A stretch of DNA of 64,000 bases, from NCBI RefSeq assembly GCF_964204645.1, contig NC_134029.1, positions 19,214,950 through 19,278,949 on the forward strand. Reading direction: 5' to 3'. Of this stretch, positions 57,310 through 64,000 are shown in pieces. Position numbers and translations under genes: made by a program. The stretch comes from Tubulanus polymorphus (Eukaryota > Animalia > Nemertea). The notes below the pieces were generated by a model. It was not told the origin of the DNA. It searched no databases and saw only the letters and a list, made by a program, of their open reading frames with translations. Position 1 is the stretch's first letter; the number at the start of each line of letters is the position of its first letter.

Positions 57310-57592
57310 AAAATGATAAAATTGTTCAATATTAAAAGTGTGAGTAAAGTGTGAGTAAAATAATTGAGATTTTCAATATTAAAAGTGTGAGTAAAGTGTG
57401 AGTAAAATAATTGAGATTTTCAATATTAAAAGTGTGAGTAAAGTGTGAGTAAAATAATTGAGATTTTCAATATTAAAAGTGTGAGTAAAGTGTGAGTAAA
57501 ATAATTGAGATTTTCAATATTAAAAGTGTGAGTAAAGTGTGAGTAAAATGATAAAATTGTTCAATATTAAAAGTGTGAGTAAAGTGTGAGTA
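57310..57592 (+). repeat. 47-bp tandem repeat, ~6 copies
   Basis: Unit AATATTAAAAGTGTGAGTAAAGTGTGAGTAAAATAATTGAGATTTTC starting 57328, 57375, 57422, 57469, 57516, ~57563; internal AAAGTGTGAGT doublet. Confidence 0.95.
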
Positions 57593-57609
57593 ATAATTTT
57601 GTTATAAAA

Positions 57610-58523
57610 ATGAAGAAAGAAGAACCCAACTTCAAAATCGAAATCAATGAACCCAATAAATCATTTTCACAGTTTAACATTAAAAATTATATTTCAGCAA
57701 CAAATTTAGTGTCCGCAAGACATTATAAAATTGATAATATTACTGTAATTAATCAAATATTATTAAATGAAACTTATTTAATTACTGAACTAATAGATAC
57801 TTTAGATAATGGCGCCAAAAATCCTAAAATATTTAATACAGTTTTAAATTATAAAGGTAATTTAGATGAAAACATAATAAATATTCTTAAATGTCCTTTT
57901 AATGAAAGAGAAAGTGATATAATACTTTCAAAAGGTAATGATAGGATAGACTTAAGAATTGAAAAACGACAATTATATTATTATAATTTTGATAATAAAC
58001 AAATTATCTATAATGAAAATTCATCAAATATTGGAATTCAATGTGATTTAGATAATGAAAAATCATATAAAGATGTTGCAGTTCAATGTAACTTAGATAA
58101 TGAAATTGTTACGCCTAAATATGAACCTAATGAAAAAGTGTTATGTGATTGTGGAAAATATTATACTCGAAGCAATAAATCCCACCATCTTAAATCAAAA
58201 TATCATAACTCGAAATTAATAATTCAACTCTAAAAATCAAAACAAATAACATAAGAAAAGACTTAACAACATTAAAACATAATTTTGATTTTCGCAATTA
58301 TCCCAAAGATCATGAACTATTTAGCAATGATAATAAAAAGATTCCGGATTTAGAAAATAGTAAATCTTTTAAACATATCGCAATTCAATGTGATTTAGAA
58401 AATGAATTCAAAAGATTTAATCCTAATGAAAAAATTCATTGTTATTGCGGAGGTAAATATTCAAAATCACATAAATCAAAGCATTACCAAACAATTAAAC
58501 ATAAAAACTGGTGTAAAGAGTAA
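57610..58523 (+). pseudogene. Intronless virus-like double C2H2 zinc-finger protein split by a -1 frameshift near 58209
   Basis: ATG 57610, first frame to 58233 ends ...PNEKVLCDCGKYYTRSNKSHHLKSKYH. An overlapping ATG-less frame 58209-58523 ends ...IAIQCDLENEFKRFNPNEKIHCYCGGKYSKSHKSKHYQTIKHKNWCKE*, repeating the QCDL + PNEK + CxCG..H..H module. Confidence 0.65.
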
Positions 58524-58596
58524 CAATTCTACATTGAAAATAAATTAAATAGTCAAATAATTATTGAATTTAGTTAAATGATTTAAATATTTAATA

Positions 58597-60772
58597 GACT
58601 GTTGAAATGATAAATTGTTTGGCTGTTAAAATGATAAATTGTTTGACATTTGAAATGATAAATTGTTTGACTGTTGAAATGATTTGACAGTTGAAATGAT
58701 AAATTGTTTGACAGTTGAAATGATTTGACAGTTGAAATAATAAATTGTTTGACAGTTGAAATGATAAATTGTTTGACAGTTGAAATGATAAATTGTTTGA
58801 CAGTTGAAATGATAAATTGTTCGACTGTTGAAATGATAAATTGTTCGACTGTTGAAATGATTTGACAGTTGAAATAATAAATTGTTTGACAGTTGAAATG
58901 ATAAATTGTTTGACAGTTGAAATGATAAATTGTTTGACAGTTGAAATGATAAATTGTTCGACTGTTGAAATGATAAATTGTTCGACTGTTGAAATGATTT
59001 GACAGTTGAAATAATAAATTGTTTGACAGTTGAAATGATAAATTGTTTGACAGTTGAAATAATAAATTGTTTGACAGTTGAAATGATAAATTGTTTGACA
59101 GTTGAAATGATTTGACAGTTGAAATAATAAATTGTTTGACAGTTGAAATGATAAATTGTTTGACAGTTGAAATGATAAATTGTTTGACAGTTGAAATGAT
59201 TTGACAGTTGAAATAATAAATTGTTTGACAGTTGAAATGATAAATTGTTTGACAGTTGAAATGATAAATTGTTTGACAGTTGAAATGATAAATTGTTTGA
59301 CTGTTGAAATGATAAATTGTTTGACAGTTGAAATGATTTGACAGTTGAAATAATAAATTGTTTGACAGTTGAAATGATAAATTGTTTGACAGTTGAAATG
59401 ATAAATTGTTTGACAGTTGAAATGATAAATTGTTTGACAGTTGAAATGATAAATTGTTTGACAGTTGAAATGATAAATTGTTCGACTGTTGAAATGATAA
59501 ATTGTTTGACAGTTGAAATGATAAATTGTTCGACTGTTGAAATGATAAATTGTTCGACTGTTGAAATGATTTGACAGTTGAAATAATAAATTGTTTGACA
59601 GTTGAAATGATAAATTGTTTGACAGTTGAAATAATAAATTGTTTGACAGTTGAAATGATAAATTGTTTGACAGTTGAAATGATAAATTGTTTGACAGTTG
59701 AAATGATAAATTGTTCGACTGTTGAAATGATAAATTGTTCGACTGTTGAAATGATTTGACAGTTAAAATAATAAATTGTTTGACAGTTGAAATGATTTGA
59801 CAGTTGAAATAATAAATTGTTTGACAGTTGAAATGATAAATTGTTTGACAGTTGAAATGATAAATTGTTTGACAGTTGAAATGATAAATTGTTTGACAGT
59901 TGAAATGATAAATTGTTTGACAGTTGAAATGATAAATTGTTCGACTGTTGAAATGATAAATTGTTTTACAGTTGAAATGATAAATTGTTTGACAGTTGAA
60001 ATGATTTGACAGTTGAAATAATAAATTGTTTGACAGTTGAAATGATAAATTGTTTGACAGTTGAAATGATAAATTGTTTGACAGTTGAAATGATAAATTG
60101 TTTGACTGTTGAAATGATAAATTGTTTGACAGTTGAAATGATTTGACAGTTGAAATAATAAATTGTTTGACAGTTGAAATGATAAATTGTTTGACAGTTG
60201 AAATGATAAATTGTTTGACAGTTGAAATGATAAATTGTTTGACAGTTGAAATGATAAATTGTTTGACAGTTGAAATGATAAATTGTTCGACTGTTGAAAT
60301 GATAAATTGTTTGACAGTTGAAATGATAAATTGTTCGACTGTTGAAATGATAAATTGTTCGACTGTTGAAATGATTTGACAGTTGAAATAATAAATTGTT
60401 TGACAGTTGAAATGATAAATTGTTTGACAGTTGAAATAATAAATTGTTTGACAGTTGAAATGATAAATTGTTTGACAGTTGAAATGATAAATTGTTTGAC
60501 AGTTGAAATGATAAATTGTTCGACTGTTGAAATGATAAATTGTTCGACTGTTGAAATGATTTGACAGTTGAAATAATAAATTGTTTGACAGTTGAAATGA
60601 TTTGACAGTTGAAATAATAAATTGTTTGACAGTTGAAATGATAAATTGTTTGACAGTTGAAATGATAAATTGTTTGACAGTTGAAATGATAAATTGTTCG
60701 ACTGTTGAAATGATAAATTGTTTGACAGTTGAAATGATAAATTGTTTGACAGTTGAAATGATAAATTGTTTA
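58597..60772 (+). repeat. 24-bp minisatellite with interspersed 17-bp variant (left arm)
   Basis: Unit TTGACAGTTGAAATGATAAATTGT; variants TCGACTGTT, AATAAT and 17-mer TTGACAGTTGAAATGAT; block 59338-59759 recurs at 60143-60564 (805-bp offset). Confidence 0.97.
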
Positions 60773-60895
60773 GCTGTAAATTTAATTGTTATTTGATTTA
60801 ATCATTTAAAAGTTTAATATTTTAAAAATGATTTTAAAATATTTAAATAAAAACAAGCAAATGTTTATTAATTTTCTAATTTCTTTCTTAAATAA

Positions 60896-61114
60896 ATGGA
60901 TGGTTTCATTCCAACTGGGAAAAGTGATTTAAAACATTATTTAGTTGCTGGAGGTTTAATTTTAGCTGCGCTTTACTTTTATTATGAAAATATTTCAAAA
61001 GATTTAATAAATGAAAATAATAAATTAAGCAAGAAAATAAAGAAGTTAAATACTAAAAATGGAAATAATTATAAAAACGGTAATAATCACAAGAAAGTTG
61101 TTGAATCAGATTAA
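60896..61114 (+). CDS. 72-aa hypothetical membrane protein (left-arm copy)
   Basis: TAAATG start; hydrophobic helix YLVAGGLILAALYFYY followed by a basic/Asn-rich tail; intact mirror copy on the other arm. Confidence 0.6.
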   Translation: MDGFIPTGKSDLKHYLVAGGLILAALYFYYENISKDLINENNKLSKKIKKLNTKNGNNYKNGNNHKKVVESD

Positions 61115-61150
61115 ATAGTGAATTAATCTATTAAAATCTTTTCTTATTAA

Positions 61151-61432
61151 ATGAGTGAAAATATATTAAATTTGTTAAATCTTATTTACAGAAATCAAGA
61201 GAAAATGAAATTAATTATGATGATTTCAGGGTTACTTTCATTTTCAGTTTATAGTTTGAAACAATTGTTTCATTTTTATGATGATTGTAAAATAAAATAT
61301 ATTGAATTGAAAAATAATATCAATTACATTTCAGATAGAATGAATAATATTAAAAGATGCGAAATTTGTAGTAAAAAATACAAGACGGAAAAAGGATTTA
61401 GAAATCATAAAATTGGGCATAAATTGGAATGA
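61151..61432 (+). CDS. 93-aa hypothetical protein with hydrophobic segment and C-terminal C2H2 finger (left-arm copy)
   Basis: TAAATG start; LIMMISGLLSFSVYSL; CEICSKKYKTEKGFRNHKIGH fits C-x2-C-x12-H-x3-H. Confidence 0.65.
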   Translation: MSENILNLLNLIYRNQEKMKLIMMISGLLSFSVYSLKQLFHFYDDCKIKYIELKNNINYISDRMNNIKRCEICSKKYKTEKGFRNHKIGHKLE

Positions 61433-61869
61433 TTAAATAACAAATTAAAGTAAAGAATTTAAAAAAAATCTCATTTATTGTGTAAAATTGAAATACTTTG
61501 AACTACGACTAAAATTAAACTAAAATAGACAACTTTGTTTATCTAATGAAATTTTAGTTATATTTTAGTTGAATTGTAATTAAAGTTAGTTGCAACTAAC
61601 TTCAACTAGAATTTAACTAGAATTGACTAAAAATTTAAAAAGATTAACAAGACAGTTGATTTAGTGTATTTTTAGTCAATTCTAGTTAAATTCTAGTTGA
61701 AGTTAGTTGCAACTAACTTTAATTACAATTCAACTAAAATATAACTAAAATTTCATTAGATAAACAAAGTTGTCTATTTTAGTTTAATTTTAGTCGTAGT
61801 CCAAAGTATTTCAATTTTACACAATAAATGAGATTTTTTTTAAATTCTTTACTTTAATTTGTTATCTAA
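61433..61869. repeat. Non-coding palindrome core with 33-nt asymmetric centre (61635-61667) and nested hairpins
   Basis: Arm AATTGACTAAAAAT ends 61634 and its mirror starts 61668; perfect 20-bp palindrome AAGTTAGTTGCAACTAACTT at 61583-61602 and 61700-61719. Confidence 0.95.
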
Positions 61870-62151
61870 TCATTCCAATTTATGCCCAATTTTATGATTT
61901 CTAAATCCTTTTTCCGTCTTGTATTTTTTACTACAAATTTCGCATCTTTTAATATTATTCATTCTATCTGAAATGTAATTGATATTATTTTTCAATTCAA
62001 TATATTTTATTTTACAATCATCATAAAAATGAAACAATTGTTTCAAACTATAAACTGAAAATGAAAGTAACCCTGAAATCATCATAATTAATTTCATTTT
62101 CTCTTGATTTCTGTAAATAAGATTTAACAAATTTAATATATTTTCACTCAT
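61870..62151 (-). CDS. 93-aa C2H2 protein (right-arm copy)
   Basis: Identical translation to 61151-61432. Confidence 0.65.
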   Translation of the reverse strand: MSENILNLLNLIYRNQEKMKLIMMISGLLSFSVYSLKQLFHFYDDCKIKYIELKNNINYISDRMNNIKRCEICSKKYKTEKGFRNHKIGHKLE

Positions 62152-62187
62152 TTAATAAGAAAAGATTTTAATAGATTAATTCACTAT

Positions 62188-62406
62188 TTAATCTGATTCA
62201 ACAACTTTCTTGTGATTATTACCGTTTTTATAATTATTTCCATTTTTAGTATTTAACTTCTTTAATTTCTTGCTTAATTTATTATTTTCATTTATTAAAT
62301 CTTTTGAAATATTTTCATAATAAAAGTAAAGCGCAGCTAAAATTAAACCTCCAGCAACTAAATAATGTTTTAAATCACTTTTCCCAGTTGGAATGAAACC
62401 ATCCAT
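62188..62406 (-). CDS. 72-aa membrane protein (right-arm copy)
   Basis: Mirror of 60896-61114 with one I->L change (61037 vs 62265). Confidence 0.6.
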   Translation of the reverse strand: MDGFIPTGKSDLKHYLVAGGLILAALYFYYENISKDLINENNKLSKKLKKLNTKNGNNYKNGNNHKKVVESD

Positions 62407-62529
62407 TTATTTAAGAAAGAAATTAGAAAATTAATAAACATTTGCTTGTTTTTATTTAAATATTTTAAAATCATTTTTAAAATATTAAACTTTTAAATGA
62501 TTAAATCAAATAACAATTAAATTTACAGC

Positions 62530-64000
62530 TAAACAATTTATCATTTCAACTGTCAAACAATTTATCATTTCAACTGTCAAACAATTTATCATTTCAACAG
62601 TCGAACAATTTATCATTTCAACTGTCAAACAATTTATCATTTCAACTGTCAAACAATTTATCATTTCAACTGTCAAACAATTTATCATTTCAACTGTCAA
62701 ACAATTTATCATTTCAACTGTCAAACAATTTATTATTTCAACTGTCAAATCATTTCAACTGTCAAACAATTTATTATTTCAACTGTCAAATCATTTCAAC
62801 AGTCGAACAATTTATCATTTCAACAGTCGAACAATTTATCATTTCAACTGTCAAACAATTTATCATTTCAACTGTCAAACAATTTATCATTTCAACTGTC
62901 AAACAATTTATTATTTCAACTGTCAAACAATTTATCATTTCAACTGTCAAACAATTTATTATTTCAACTGTCAAATCATTTCAACAGTCGAACAATTTAT
63001 CATTTCAACAGTCGAACAATTTATCATTTCAACTGTCAAACAATTTATCATTTCAACAGTCGAACAATTTATCATTTCAACTGTCAAACAATTTATCATT
63101 TCAACTGTCAAACAATTTATCATTTCAACTGTCAAACAATTTATCATTTCAACTGTCAAACAATTTATCATTTCAACTGTCAAACAATTTATTATTTCAA
63201 CTGTCAAATCATTTCAACTGTCAAACAATTTATCATTTCAACAGTCAAACAATTTATCATTTCAACTGTCAAACAATTTATCATTTCAACTGTCAAACAA
63301 TTTATTATTTCAACTGTCAAATCATTTCAACTGTCAAACAATTTATCATTTCAACTGTCAAACAATTTATCATTTCAACTGTCAAACAATTTATTATTTC
63401 AACTGTCAAATCATTTCAACTGTCAAACAATTTATCATTTCAACTGTCAAACAATTTATCATTTCAACTGTCAAACAATTTATCATTTCAACTGTCAAAC
63501 AATTTATCATTTCAACTGTCAAACAATTTATTATTTCAACTGTCAAATCATTTCAACTGTCAAACAATTTATCATTTCAACAGTCAAACAATTTATCATT
63601 TCAACTGTCAAACAATTTATCATTTCAACTGTCAAACAATTTATCATTTCAACTGTCAAACAATTTATTATTTCAACTGTCAAATCATTTCAACTGTCAA
63701 ACAATTTATCATTTCAACTGTCAAACAATTTATCATTTCAACTGTCAAACAATTTATTATTTCAACTGTCAAATCATTTCAACTGTCAAACAATTTATCA
63801 TTTCAACTGTCAAACAATTTATTATTTCAACTGTCAAACAATTTATCATTTCAACTGTCAAACAATTTATTATTTCAACTGTCAAATCATTTCAACAGTC
63901 GAACAATTTATCATTTCAACAGTCGAACAATTTATCATTTCAACTGTCAAACAATTTATCATTTCAACTGTCAAACAATTTATCATTTCAACTGTCAAAC
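62530..64000 (-). repeat. 24/17-bp minisatellite, inverted (right arm), runs off window
   Basis: Reverse-complement unit ACAATTTATCATTTCAACTGTCAA. Confidence 0.97.

Larger units (their letters stand above)
56791..64000. mobile_element. Giant AT-rich palindromic (foldback) element centred at 61651, truncated by window end
   Basis: Abrupt composition shift near 56.8 kb; modular GGAAAAATGGCCA(A) repeats at the left edge; mirror symmetry (x + x' = 123302) of 60773-61634 with 61668-62529, continuing through the inverted 24-bp arrays; mirrored ORF pairs. The palindrome is certain; the left boundary and mobile nature are inferred. Confidence 0.75.

Noticed and set aside
60773-62529. Palindrome as a pure sequencing fold-back artefact
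   Set aside because: Arm-specific substitutions, different repeat counts and a 33-nt asymmetric spacer argue against it, though it is not excluded without reads.
58597-64000. (LTVEMINC)n ORFs and a CRISPR-like appearance of the array
   Set aside because: These are translations of a 24-bp satellite with TTG starts, repeatedly broken by 17-bp units. There are no unique spacers and no cas genes, and the context is eukaryotic.
56791-64000. Classification as Polinton/Maverick, Helitron or poxvirus genome
   Set aside because: No pPolB, integrase, capsid, ATPase, Rep/helicase or NCLDV core gene is visible; the resemblance is architectural only.

Overview
Eukaryotic (invertebrate metazoan) genomic DNA; a lophotrochozoan-type host is an inference from the GRL101-like receptor. 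Three spliced host genes can be reconstructed by hand with phase-consistent GT-AG introns: (1) a Dachsous atypical cadherin on the minus strand (18 coding exons, 39721->3691, ~3338 aa); (2) MPP10/MPHOSPH10 head-to-head with it on the plus strand (11 exons, 42008-48137, ~669 aa); (3) a 3-exon GRL101-like CUB/C-type-lectin/LDLa/LRR GPCR (49536-55485, ~1927 aa). Introns hold many small TIR elements, a tRNA-derived SINE and a perfect inverted repeat carrying a Penelope-type minimal hammerhead ribozyme. The most unusual object starts near 56790 and runs off the window: a very AT-rich giant palindromic (foldback) element centred on 61651. It has modular terminal repeats, 47-bp and 24/17-bp tandem arrays, small intronless virus-like zinc-finger/membrane ORFs (two with TAAATG starts) and an imperfect, multiply nested central hairpin. 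No transposase, integrase or polymerase is visible in it. No searches were run; family assignments rest on recognised motifs.
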